DNA of 64,000 nt from Fimbriosthenelais zetlandica (GCA_977030845.1 OZ365118.1:3658001-3722000); one strand, 5' to 3'; positions 1 through 11,950 are shown, counted from the stretch's first letter. Numbers and translations: made by a program. The notes: generated by a model not told the origin, from the sequence alone.

Positions 1-1377
1 ATGGGAGTAATTCGTCTGGTTGTACCACCTGAACACAGCCCAGACATGAGTTTTTATATGTCATTCTGCCCCTCTCTCTAGGCGCGGCTCATCCACCCAG
101 ACTCCGCCAATTGGCAGGAATGTGTCATTTTCTAACATTTCTAATATTGTGGCAGCGACAAGCCATGTGATATGTCTTGTCAGGAATCACCAACAATAAA
201 GGCTAGCATGTCAGGAAATGTAACAGTGGCTAAACTTTTTATTCTTCTTTCACCGTCGAGGATTGGTCAAATCCATCGCCATAGAGAAACGTTCAATTCT
301 ATATACTACTCGCATATGGCCAGAGGCAATCTGGAAAATTGAACTTACAAACGTCAATGTGGTGAATGATTAGTATAGGGGGGTGAGAGGGGCAGGTGAG
401 GGGTGGGGCTGGGGGTGGCTGGGGTGGGGCTGGAGCTCCATGGCAGGGTGTTGTGGGATGCTTGTAATAGGCCAGTCATATCCAGGCTAGGGTAGAGGAT
501 GATGTAGGGACCCAGTCCCCCAGCCCGGCTCACAGAGGGATTCCACCGGTCACAACTATCATCCATATTTGATAACCCATTTCTGACGGCCAACCTAGCC
601 CTTCTCTTACTCTCTGATGAATTGGTCATGATGAATTGGTCATTATGACACAGCCTTCATACATGTTCCCACACAACTGCAATTGTTCTAAATGGGGGGA
701 TATCGTAGAGCCCTGATAAAAGGCCCTACCGTATTCCCTCCAACCAACGACAAAAACAAATAGATCATCCACTGTCCAACACTCTATTTACTTATACGGT
801 AATAGATTACCTGACTACAATGAAATTAAGTTCCCGTACCCATCTAAATTCAATTGCAAAGAGTGAATGGAGTTTGACAGAATGCTGGTCTAGTTGTATG
901 AATAGGCTCGTACTAAATAAGCGATAATGGCTTGGACGTAGGTTGACTTATGGGATCATAGTATGTGTGCCCAAGGGTTACAGTGATACGGCTATACAAG
1001 TGGAGCAGGCAGGAGCAGTTTTATGATAATGTAATTTCATATTGTCCCACTAAAGTACCTCTCCCAGCTGCTAACTCTGTAGTTGAGAGTTAACATAATG
1101 ATAATCATTTTCGCTGGGGTTTTTATAACATCTCTGACCATGGCAGTCTCTGTAATTTGACTAACCCTACAACTTCCTGCAGGAGCAATGGACCAGCAGC
1201 CATTAGACAAGAGGAGAATTATACCTAGAGCATCTGTCCTGCTTTCTCTACAGGGAAACAGGGAGTTCTTTGTTTGCATGCGAGGACACAAGCCAATAGA
1301 TCCAAGTCCTGTGACAGGCTGCAATAGGGGAGAATAGGGGGAGAGAATGAGGGAGAGGACATGAAGGTCTCCCCACT

Positions 1378-1447
1378 ATACGGGCCTGGATTCGAACAGG
1401 AAACCTTGGCATTATTAGAGGAACTAACAGACTTAACTAAATCCCCA
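1378..1447 (-). pseudogene. Degenerate tRNA-Ile(AAT)-derived sequence (tRNA pseudogene or SINE head)
   Basis: Minus strand reads TTAGTTAAGTCTGTTAG-ttcct-CTAATAATGCCAAGGT-ttcct-GTTCGA. Vertebrate tRNA-Ile(AAT) reads TTAGCTCAGTTGGTTAG-agcgtggtg-CTAATAACGCCAAGGT-cgcgg-GTTCGA. That is 13/17 and 15/16 matches plus the B-box core, in order. The stems are broken and 4 nt are deleted. Confidence 0.7.
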
Positions 1448-2369
1448 TACTCAGCACTAAAAGGATATCTTCCCTCATATCTCCCCCGCCCCCTCAGGCA
1501 AATATTCATCTAGTGTGTCATAAACAAAGGGAAAATCACTTAAATCTTGTAGGCTTGACCCAAATCTTTGATTTACAACAGAGATGCGCGTGTGGCAAAT
1601 TGTAACCACCGACAGGAAGTGATATAATTCGATATGAAAAAGAAATCAGAACTTTATATTTTATCTCTGAATTATGAAATATGAATACAAGGTAATGTAA
1701 GTGGGGCCTATATGTTGAGTGAGTACATGTCAAGGTAAATAAGGGTAAATAAGTAGAACGTTGCTGGTGCGGTAGTTAAGATATGCTGGCACATCGTCAG
1801 GATCGATCTAGCTATTTATTCATAGATACAGTGATATTAACAACCATCTATATCAACCTATCAACTTACATCAATCATGAATGAAGGAGCAGAGTGGCTC
1901 AATATTGCTTTGATCCATCATTGACACACAACCTGAGCCTCCTCACTACCTCCTATCACATATATGAAGTAATAAGTGCATAATGAAACTACCTAGCACT
2001 GTCTTCTATCATTTCTTGCCCGGATATATTTCGTTTCCGAGTAAACAACTAAGCTTAAAAGTGTCAGGGGAGAGGGGAGCCCTCCGTTAAGACTAGGTGA
2101 GGGGTTCTGATGGAACATGCTGATAGGCCTGCTATGTTATGGACCAATTTTGAGCCCGCATCTCAAGAAGCTGATAACCTTGAGCACAGCGGGTCCATTT
2201 GGCTGACGAGTTGTGCTGGGTCTACTGGGCTCAGCCAGCAGCGCCTTGGGTGTACTAACCTTTGATGATTCCTTCTGATCACAAATCAGTCGCCAGAATA
2301 GAAAAACACCACAGTAAACAGACACCCAGCAGCCCCGCCAGGAATTTAGCTGTGGCGGACTGAACAATT

Positions 2370-2960
2370 TAATTTCTGGCTTGGATGACCAAGCCAAGCT
2401 TATTTACACTTGTGAAGGTAGTGGCCGCCTTCACTGGCTACAAGCCGGTTGAGGATCTACCTTTGTGGCTTAGACTGGTAATGGGTTGTAGAGTGGGTGA
2501 TAGGGGCAATGGAGGGCGTTTAGATAGGGCTAAGTACCCGGAACAAAGTGGTAAGAGTGGACAGGGGTGAGCGCTCCCGTCCATCTTTAGGAGGATACGG
2601 GTAGGCGTATCGCAAGGAAAAGAGGGAGGACCAAGAATGACATGATGGGGCTTGTTGCCAGGGTGAATATTGTTGCTATGGAAACTGTAGTGAGGAGGTG
2701 TAACACATAGGAGGAATTATTGGGGGATGGGCCTTGGTGATGTGGTCATTATGGGGGCCATAGAAGGGGAACCTTTGACGGAACCGTAAAAGGCAAGTTT
2801 GTGAGGCACCAGGGGACAACTAGCTGGACGTGCCCAGTGATTCGCCAATAGAGGAATTGGCGCTTCAGATGTATGGGCAGTGGATGAGGAGGAGGAGGAG
2901 GCAGATGGGTGGGTGGTCCGAGACCTGGACCAAATACAAGCACCCCTGTCAGGTCCACTT
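2370..2960 (-). mobile_element. Decayed DIRS/Ngaro-type tyrosine recombinase fragment
   Basis: Collinear motif relics on the minus strand: PLPI (cf. RLPIT); LAFYG-SVK-GS at 2797-2768 (cf. LAF[FY]G-FLR-CS, each change a single nucleotide); HSNN (cf. xSKT); PLLPL (cf. PLDPLF); TG..AATT at 2449-2417 (cf. SGHSFRIGAATT); CTTGGC-T-TGGTCATCC at 2398-2383 (cf. LGRWSS with a 2-nt deletion). Stops and frameshifts are present. Confidence 0.55.
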
Positions 2961-3122
2961 GTGATGAATATAAGTGGATTCCATGGCCACCAGCACATTT
3001 CTAACAGGATTAGTTTCATGTTATCTCAGATGTTGGGTGGAGTGAAGCCTTTAGGCTGAAGCCTCAATGCTGTGTGCCTTCATCAGGCGGGCAATAAGCG
3101 TGATCAGCGATCATCAGGGTAC

Positions 3123-3199
3123 GCGTACTGGTCAAGTTTGTAACATTATATACGCGTACTGGTCAGCTAACACTGTGCGTACTGGTCAGCTTTGTAACA
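3123..3199. repeat. Three direct repeats with core GCGTACTGGTCA followed by (AGT/GCT)(TTGT)AACA
   Basis: Cores start at 3123, 3154 and 3177. The array ends 20 bp before the duplication breakpoint. Confidence 0.9.
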
Positions 3200-4249
3200 C
3201 AGCGGTCATTTGACAATCAGCGGGTGTAAAGAAATGGTTTTAGTGATTCCCACCTCCATGGATTTTTGGGAAAGCATGCACTTTGCATGATGGGCAATAA
3301 AACAAGTCCAGGTGGACCATGTCCTTCAACATAATATGGATTTTGTCACAATGAATGGTGTGGAATATTCTCCTAGAATCAGAGAATATTCAAGAAATAT
3401 TGCACCACCAGTTAATGTGAAATTGAATAACTGAAATAATTTACTTTCGTTTCAGTTTACAAAAGAAATGTTTATTTTATATTATGGAGGCCAACTCCAA
3501 GTGACATAAGTCATATACCCAGCCTGAGCGGCCAGGGGTTCCATTTAATTGCTCCCTATATGGAAGGCCAAGTTGGCGGACATAGTAAACTTCCTGTGGA
3601 GGATTTTTCTGGTATTGGAGAGTGGTAGTTGTCTGATCGTATAAGTCGTGGGTCCAAATCAAATTTGACCTCACTTAGGTCAGAGTGACGCCGTTATGGA
3701 TCGAGTCAAAGTCCATTTGAGTGGGCACCAGCAAGTCAGAGTCTGAAACTGAACTCCATGTGAACTATGGCAATTGACCCACGGTGGGGAGAGGGCAGGA
3801 GATGGCGGATACCGCAGACCCATTGAAAATAGGTTTCTATACTATTTGTTTCAATATTATAGCAGAACAAACTGTGTTCCTATAGAATCAAGGCAGGTAT
3901 AGGGAGGAGTTTCTGATGCATTTAATTGGGGGTTTTGAGGGTTTGGTATAAAAATGACTCAAGGTACCGAAGTCCTCAGGGTTGATTTGTTGTTTGTTTT
4001 GTGAGGTACATTATATGGCAATTGATATAATAATCAACAGACTTTGTCACAAAATTATAAAGGAAATGGCCAAACTTTCCAGTAGTCTGTAGTTAATAAG
4101 AATAAGGCTATTGTGAAGTAGTGGGGATGGGGATGTGAGTTGTGGAGAGAGGGCCTGGAGGTGGAGGGAACATTGATTGGAAAAAGGATGTTTCTCCCGT
4201 CTAGTGTAAGAGAGATGAAATCTAAACTGGCAATCCACTGATTGGTCCT

Positions 4250-4373
4250 GCGAATTAATAATTTGTCCGAGCAAAGTCACCCGAGCAAATTAAGTAACTC
4301 GCAATGGCTCGGGCAAATAACACAATATGCGCCGGCGGGAATTACCGACATATCCCTGGTATGGGAGTAATTC
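4250..4373. mobile_element. Palindromic MITE-like relic
   Basis: Overlapping imperfect inverted repeats: GCGAATTAATAATTTG (4250-4265) with CAAATTAAGTAACTCGC (4286-4302); ATTTGTCCGAGC (4261-4272) with GCTCGGGCAAAT (4307-4318); GAATTAC (4339) with GTAATTC (4367). No TSD found. Confidence 0.4.
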
Positions 4374-5719
4374 GTCTGGTTGTACCACCTGAACACAGCC
4401 CAGACATGAGTTTTTATATGTCATTCTGCCCCTCTCTCTATGCGCGGCTCATCCACCCAGACTCCGCCAATTGGCAGGAATGTGTCATTTTCTAACATTT
4501 CTAATATTGTGGCAGCGACAAGCCATGTGATATGTCTTGTCAGGAATCACCAACAATAAAGGCTAGCATGTCAGGAAATGTAACAGTGGCTAAACTTTTT
4601 ATTCTTCTTTCACCGTCGAGGATTGGTCAAATCCATCGCCATAGAGAAACGTTCAATTCCATATACTGCTCGCATATGGCCAGAGGCAATCTGGAAAATT
4701 GAACTTACAAACGTCAATGTGGTGAATGATTAGTATAGGGGGGTGAGAGGGGCAGGTGAGGGGTGGCTGGGGTAGGGCTGGGGCTCCATGGCAGGGTGTT
4801 GTGGTATGGCTTGTAATAGGCCAGTCATATCCAGGCCAGGGTAGAGGATGATGTAGGGACCCAGTCCCCCAGCCCGGCTCATGCGGGGATTCCACCGGTC
4901 ACAACTATCATCCATATTTGATAACCCATTAACCAACCTGGCCCTTCTCTTACTCTCTGATGAATTGGTCATGATGAATTGGTCATTATGACACAGCCTT
5001 CATACATGTTCCCACACAACTGCAATTGTTCTAAATGGGGGGATATCGTAGAGCCCTGATAAAAGGCCCTACCGTATTCCCTCCAACCAACGACAAAAAC
5101 AAATAGATCATCCACTTTCCAACATTCTATTTACTGAATACGGTAATAGCTTACCAGACTACAATAAACTTAAATTCCCGTACCCATCTAAATTCAATTG
5201 CAAAGAGTGAATGGAGTTTGACAGAATGCTGGTCTAGTTGTATGAATAGGCTCGTACTAAATAAGCGATAATGGCTTGGACGTAGGTTGACTTATGGGAT
5301 CATAGTATGTGTGCCCAAGGGTTACAGTGATACGGCTATACAAGTGGAGCAGGCAGGAGCAGTTTTATGATAATGTAATTTCATATTGTCCCACTAAAGT
5401 ACCTCTCCCAGCTGCTAACTCTGTAGTTGAGAGTTAACATAATGATAATCATTTTCGCTGGGGTTTTTATAACATCTCTGACCATGGCAGTCTCTGTAAT
5501 TTGACTAACCCCACAACTTCCTGCAGGAGCAATGGACCAGCAGCCATTAGACAAGAGGAGAATTATACCTAGAGCATCTGTCCTGCTTTCTCTACAGGGA
5601 AACAGGGAGTTCTTTGTTTGCATGCGAGGACACAAGCCAATAGATCCAAGTCCTGTGACAGGCTGCAATAGGGGAGAATAGGGGGAGAATGAGGGAGAGG
5701 ACATGAAGGTCTCCCCACT

Positions 5720-5789
5720 ATACGGGCCTGGATTCGAACAGGAAACCTTGGCATTATTAAAGGAACTAACAGACTTAACTAAATCCCCA
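5720..5789 (-). pseudogene. Duplicated copy of the tRNA-Ile(AAT) relic
   Basis: Same as 1378-1447 except the anticodon-loop segment reads TTAATAA instead of CTAATAA. Confidence 0.65.
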
Positions 5790-6711
5790 TACTCAGCACT
5801 AAAAGGATATCTTCCCTCATATCTCCCCGCCCCCTCAGGCAAATATTCAGCTAGTGTGTCATAAACAAAGGGAAAATCACTTAAATCTTGTAGGCTTGAC
5901 CCAAATCTTTGATTTACAACAGAGATGCGCGTGTGGCAAATTGTTACCACCAACAGGAAGTGATATAATCCGATATGAAAAAGAAATCAGAACTTTATAT
6001 TTTATCTCTGAATTATGAAATATGAATACAAGGTAATGTAAGTGGGGCCTATATGTTGAGTGAGTACATGTCAAGGTAAATAAGGGTAAATAAGTAGAAC
6101 GTTGCTGGTGCGGTAGCTAAGATATGCTGGCACATCGTCAGGATCGATCTAGCTATTTATTCATAGATACAGTGATATTAACAACCATCTATATCAACCT
6201 ATCAACTTACATCAATCATGAATGAAGGAGCTGAGTGGCTCAATATTGCTTTGATCCATCATTGACACACAACCTGAGCCTCCTCACTACCTCCTATCAC
6301 ATATATGAAGTAATAAGTACATAATGAAACACTACATACCACTGTCTTCTATCATTTCTTGCCCGGATATATTTCATTTCCGAGTAAACAACTAAGCTTA
6401 AAAGTGTCAAGGGAGAGGGGAGCCCTCCGTTAAGACTAGGTGAGGGTTCTGATGGAACATGCTGATAGGCCTGCTATGTTATGGACCAATTTTGAGCCCG
6501 CATCTCAAGAAGCTGATAACCTTGAACACAGCGGGTCCATTTGGCTGACGAGTTGTGCTGGGTCTACTGGGCTCAGCCAGCAGCGCCTTGGGTGTACTAA
6601 CCTTTGATGATTCCTTCTGATCACAAATCAGTCGCCAGAATAGAAAAACACCACAGTAAACAGACACCCAGCAGCCCCGCCAGGAATTTAGCTGTGGCGG
6701 ACTGAACAATT

Positions 6712-7302
6712 TAATTTCTGGCTTGGATGACCAAGCCAAGCTTATTTACACTTGCGAAGGTAGTGGCCGCTTTTACTGGCTACAAGCCGGTTGAGGATCT
6801 ACCTTTGTGGCTTAGACTGGTAATGGGTTGTAGAGTGGGTGATAGGGGCAATGGAGGGCGTTTAGATAGGGCTAAGTACCCGGAACAAAGTGGTAAGAGT
6901 GGACAGGGGTGAGCGCTCCCGTCCATCTTTAGGAGGATACGGGTAGGCGTATCGCAAGGAAAAGAGGGAGGACCAAGAAGGACATGATGGGGCTTGTTGC
7001 CAGGGTGAATATTGTTGCTATGGAAACTGTAGTGAGGAGGTGTAACACATAGGAGGAATTATTGGGGGATGGGCCTTGGTGATGTGGTCATTATGGGGGC
7101 CATAGAAGGGGAACCTTTGACGGAACCGTAAAAGGCAAGTTTGTGAGGCACCAGGGGACAACTAGCTGGACGTGCCCAGTGATTCGCCAATAGAGGAATT
7201 GGCGCTTCAGATGTATGGGCAGTGGATGAGGAGGAGGAGGAGGCAGATGGGTGGGTGGTCCGAGACCTGGACCAAATACAAGCACCCCTGTCAGGTCCAC
7301 TT
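6712..7302 (-). mobile_element. Duplicated copy of the decayed tyrosine recombinase fragment
   Basis: Near-identical to 2370-2960; LAFYG lies at 7139-7125. Confidence 0.55.
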
Positions 7303-7464
7303 GTGATGAATATAAGTGGATTCCATGGCCACCAGCACATTTCTAACAGGATTAGTTTCATGTTATCTCAGATGTTGGGTGGAGTGAAGCCTTTAGGCTG
7401 AAGCCTCAATGCTGTGTGCCTTCATCAGGCGGGCAATAAGCGTGATCAGCGATCATCAGGGTAC

Positions 7465-7541
7465 GCGTACTGGTCAAGTTTGTAACATTATATACGCGTA
7501 CTGGTCAGCTAACACTGTGCGTACTGGTCAGCTTTGTAACA
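7465..7541. repeat. Duplicated triple GCGTACTGGTCA repeat
   Basis: Cores start at 7465, 7496 and 7519; identical to copy 1. Confidence 0.9.
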
Positions 7542-7759
7542 CAGCGGTCATTTGACAATCAAAGCTAGCAGGCAGTGTTGATAGTACGGCCTGCCAGCTC
7601 GCCGCATTATCGACCATTAGGGAATGTATAAATCAATGAGCACACTGACTTACAACCAATCTACTGCTTTTGTATTCAGGCCCAGTTGGGTGTGCTGTTT
7701 ATGATCATTTGGTGAAGGCCTCACGGACAGAGATTTGGTTGCTATGGCAGTTGTTGCTT

Positions 7760-8325
7760 GGATGCGGGTCTTTACGACCACCACGTTCCCCCTCCCAGCA
7801 TTCCCTCACAGCTGCCTTGACCACTACGGTTATGTTTCTTTGTCAACTCCACTCCTCCCACCAAATCCCAAACCTACCATCTCACTTCTCCATCTCCCAC
7901 CTTTCTTGCCGTCTCCACACGGATGCGCTGTCTCTTCATTGGCTTTATGGCAATGAATGTCTCAGACGCATTTCATCCTGGAGGCTTCACGAGCATTATT
8001 ATAGCTCAAAATGGATGACTCTGGCTTATTGTTATAAGACAAAAACCGACCAATACATCAAGCCGTGGGTGGTGTGTAGACTATAGGTAGAACATGATTA
8101 AGTGGGGTCCAGATCTCACGACTTCCTCCCCTCACTACAGACGGATCTGTTAGAATGAAGCCACACCAGATGCACTGACTGACTCTAACGGCATTTACAT
8201 CCCTAGTTACCATTCAAACCAACCATCCCGCAACTCATGCCTCCACCGCCACTCCCAGCTTCCTTAGCATTCTGTCGGGGCCGTCTTCTATCAGTCCATG
8301 TTATCAGGCGGGTTGGCCTGGTGCC
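7760..8325 (+). mobile_element. Second, different decayed DIRS-type tyrosine recombinase fragment
   Basis: TTGGCT-TT-ATGGC at 7939-7951 (LAFYG with a 1-nt deletion, preceded by AVSS); KTKTDQ at 8036-8053 (cf. SKTDQ); CATTCT-GTCGGGGCC at 8268-8282 (cf. HSFRIGAA with a deletion); VIRRVG-c-W at 8300-8321 (cf. IxxLGRW). The KTDQ-to-HS spacing of ~215 nt fits the family. Confidence 0.65.
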
Positions 8326-8849
8326 TCACTCCCCCCACAAAGGTCCAGCTCACATCTGTTTGTACCTACAGTGGTAATCTGTGAGCACGGCCCAGAAGCC
8401 AGCTTGGAAGCCAGCACTGAAGCCAAGCACTAATTATCAATGGGCAGGGAAGCCATTGCCCAGGGCGTGTAGTCCCAGCCATTACTCGACCCTCATCCAC
8501 TACTGGCCTAAAGAAGAACACACAACAATTGGATGGAGTGAGCACTGTTTCACCCACCTCTCCTGCTGCTAGAGGTACCAAGCAACACGAATCAGCAAGT
8601 TAGTGATTTCCCTCAAGCCCGTGTACACTCGGTAGAGCCATCTCTCACACGTCTTAATGAGGTCCCTATGTTTACCAAGCATCTCCCCACCATGGGCCAG
8701 CAACACCCTACCATGGTGTATCACAACAGCATCTCAACAATGCCCTCTACACAACATTCCTCCTCTTTAACTTCCCAGTCTTTTACTTCGCTTTAAAACA
8801 TACAAACCAGATCTTAGAAGTTTCATTTCCTGACAATTGATTGGAATAG

Positions 8850-10960
8850 TTGTAGGAAGTAATATGTGACATCATGTCTATTTTATGTTAAGATACTGAC
8901 CTATAAGAAGGTGGGGAATGATTTTAAGAGAGAGGAACATATTCATCACCTCGGGACAATGACCAATCTGAGATTTTGTAATTCTGGGTTTTATAATGTT
9001 CCCATTTCCATTACCATCTCTACAGCCAATTTCTATTAATCTCCAAAAGAAAGAGAAGCAATCTTGACTTTTATATATGTCTGCAGGCCAAATAAACCAT
9101 GTTCTTGTGATGTATATCCATGTGCCAATATTGCAGTACAATTCATTATTCGCAAAGATTAAAATCTTTCGCAACTAGGTAGATTAATTTGAGGTACATA
9201 ACATTTGGAGATACAGAGTGGCCGGGAGCCTTTGCTTCTTGCCTGTCAGATTGATTAATATGAACACACAAAGCTAAGGTAAAGAAATCATTCTCTTGGG
9301 GATCAACTGAAAAAATGAACTCTTTGTCTTTGTCTATCAGTGTAAAAAGTTCCTATACAGTTAAAGGACTCGGAGGATTATAAAGGAAATACTATGTCCT
9401 CCAGTGCGCCCGATTAGGTGTCAATCTATTTTTTAACTTTTCATCTTTATTTTTCGACGAACTCTTTGTTTTAGGAGTAACATTATCTGTCGTCTCATTT
9501 AGCACAACTTTCCAACGAGCAAGTGATTTCCATTTCTTCTATTTATCCATCAGTAAGGAGTAATCAACCTTTTACTTACCTCAAGTCCTTCCAATCCCTG
9601 AAGGAGATTCGATTTTTAAATGGGAGCCCGGAGGGTGGTGCGGGGAAGGTGAAGCTAACTGTCACTGACCAATTCCCAAACATGTATTTTCTGCTTGTAG
9701 CCTTTTAGTCTAATCAAGGGCTTGAGTTGGTCTGAAAAAAGAAAACAATAAGCTACAAGAGGAAATCAATTACAGATACTCGATGGGCGGAGGGTTCCCC
9801 AGTGGTGGTTTTTCACTGGGGGAGGGAGAACACTTCCAGTACATTGTAACGAGGCCCTAGAGAGGCCGACACTTCCCGGAGTAACCGCCGAGGAGCCAGG
9901 TATTTGGTGCACTAATGGCCCCTCTGACCCTTGACCTCTTTCATGGCAATTGGTCTACGGCTTGACTGGCAGTGAAAAAGCTCCAGAGAGGTAATGTCCT
10001 ATGTACATATATTCCCCTACAATGCTTAAACTTCTCGGCCCCAACCTCGCAGCTATATGTCTTTCATCTAAGTTGTTGCACAAAGAGAATCGATTTTTCA
10101 CCCTGCTGGAAAGACTGACACAGTTTGAATAACGGTTCTTTTTAGAGTTTCCCCATCTCAATTGATAAAGAACATTTTGAAATGATTTTCTAATACTTTT
10201 TTAGAGTAGAATGCCTCCGGGCATATCTGGTTCCATCCCAGATTTATATAACTATGCCTATACTAGAATTCCATACCTCAAACGGTTTGCCTTTATAAGA
10301 GAGGTTATATACTAGTAGGCTAAAAGATAAATTTAAGGAGCAATTCATTCTGTAAGAGAGCTTTTAAGAGCATTCAAGGAAATGCGAACTGTCAAAATGT
10401 AGGCAGAGAGAGTGAATACAATTTTCAGTCTGACTGCTGACACTGAATAGGCCTCCTGGCTCAAGCTTTTAACAGCAGCGCGGCTGAAATTCTGCCCAGT
10501 TTATAATCGAATATTCTGATCTGATTTTCCCCTGCCACATACGATGGTGAATCTAATCTCAGATACAGATCTAAGAACACTGTCCCTCGGATCAGCCTTT
10601 CAATTAGGATTGTAAATCCTCTTATGGTGAAAATCAAAACAGGCGCAAGCTCGGCGGAGTCTTCTCAGAGATAGTACATATGTGCGTTGGAGAAGGTATA
10701 ACTCGATTATTCCAAGCCGAAGGAGGATTAAGACCAAGTGACAGCGTCAATTTGCCTTTAAGATCATCATATCAGTGCAAGCACTTTACCCACTTGGAAC
10801 ATACAATTGAGTTTATATCAAAGATAATTGAGTTGGAGACATGAGAGAGGTAGGAGTCATGTTGATAGTGAGACATACGTTCATGTAATGCCTGCCACAT
10901 GGGTAACATCCACACTCCTACAATAGATGATAGCGCTGCTAGCAACAATAGATAACATTT
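8850..10960 (-). mobile_element. Decayed L1-clade LINE, ORF1 C-terminal half plus part of the ORF2 endonuclease
   Basis: IRIFD (10520-10506), AEFQPR (10495-10478) and YSVSAVRLKIV (10449-10417) resemble the L1 ORF1p C-terminal pattern IxIFxD-SAExxxRR-YxxxYPARLxI. FWRLIEIGCRD in ORF 8878-9174 resembles the endonuclease motif DxWRxxHPxxRDY. Heavily degraded; the endonuclease call is weaker than the ORF1 call. Confidence 0.5.
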
Positions 10961-11199
10961 CATGTTTTATCATGCTTTCTTTCTAGACATCCAATTGATA
11001 TACATTGGAGAGATCTATCCCCTGCTAACAAGAAAGCTATTACATGTATACATACTTATTAAGTAGAATAACACATTAACATTATGTCTTCTGATAAAAA
11101 GACTAAATACTACATATAGATTTGTAGAATACGAGCTCAGGTGTATTTAATAAGATGCCTGACATTAGTCACTATCTATAGTACGTCTATATCTGGTAT

Positions 11200-11950
11200 T
11201 AAATATAGCACGTATTCCTCGTAAAGGAAATGCTCTAATATAACACCTAATTATCGTAGGTCAGGACTACTTCTCTATACAGTCACATCTAGAGATGCAT
11301 TATCTATAATTCTCTCGTCCTTTCTTTCATTCGGATCTATTTTAGCCTGCTTCTAATGTCCTCAACATGACCAGTATTCTAGAATAGCCTGTGATCTGAT
11401 AAGTCATACTCGCGCCATGTCAAGTCTTATTTAAAATCCAGCAGTTAAAGGGCAGAGCTGAAGCTCAGTCAAAAGCCCGGTAAGTGCCATAAGCACATTA
11501 GCGTTTTTACCCTGGGTAACCATCATCGTTCATTAGCCCAGACTCCCACAGAAGGTTCAGACATCCATCCTAATTGGAAAAGTTGTTAATGGGCATTATT
11601 GGAAACGGCACAGTTTAGAACCTATATTATATGATCGACATATATTCATTATAGGTAAATGCTGCAAAATGAAGACTGGGCTAATCAGGATGAGAAATGG
11701 ACAGAGGACTGGTCATCTATTTGCCTTTTGTAGTCCCAGAAGAGCTCTGAAAGCAATCGGCTTTTTGGTTCTGTCTAGAAGAGAGTCATAGAGGCATTTA
11801 ACATACTTAAGCTGTAACTTGGCTAATTCAGGATGACACGGACATTATTCAGGCTTCAGAAAGGAATACATACATCAGTGCATTAGTGAGTAATAGAGAC
11901 TTAAAGTATGGGCTCCCACTAAGGTGCGACAGATAATGAAATGTGAATGA
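11200..11950 (+). mobile_element. Decayed L1-clade ORF2 reverse transcriptase fragment
   Basis: Ordered motif relics: IPRKG (~11217), PNYR (11246-11257), HDQ (11366-11374), LFA (11717-11725, cf. LFADD), YSGFRK (11846, cf. SGYKIN), LKYG (11901, cf. KYLG). Spacings are broadly L1-like. Confidence 0.55.

Larger units (their letters stand above)
1..3219. repeat. Copy 1 of a tandem segmental duplication; the window starts inside it
   Basis: Aligns by eye to 4361-7561. Offset is 4360 at the left end and 4342 at the right end. I count roughly 40 substitutions or small indels. Shared sequence ends at TTTGACAATCA. Confidence 0.97.
4361..7561. repeat. Copy 2 of the tandem segmental duplication
   Basis: ATGGGAGTAATTCGTCTGG at 4361 matches position 1. 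Several supplied ORFs recur identically or nearly so (2717-3019 and 7059-7361; 2137-2397 and 6479-6739). Confidence 0.97.

Noticed and set aside
3020-3240. Duplication read as an LTR-internal-LTR tandem (shared sequence ends in CA)
   Set aside because: No polypurine tract or primer-binding site is adjacent on either strand.
5381-5953. 190-aa ORF in duplication copy 2
   Set aside because: It is broken by a stop and a frameshift in copy 1, runs through the tRNA-Ile relic, and has no recognisable domain.
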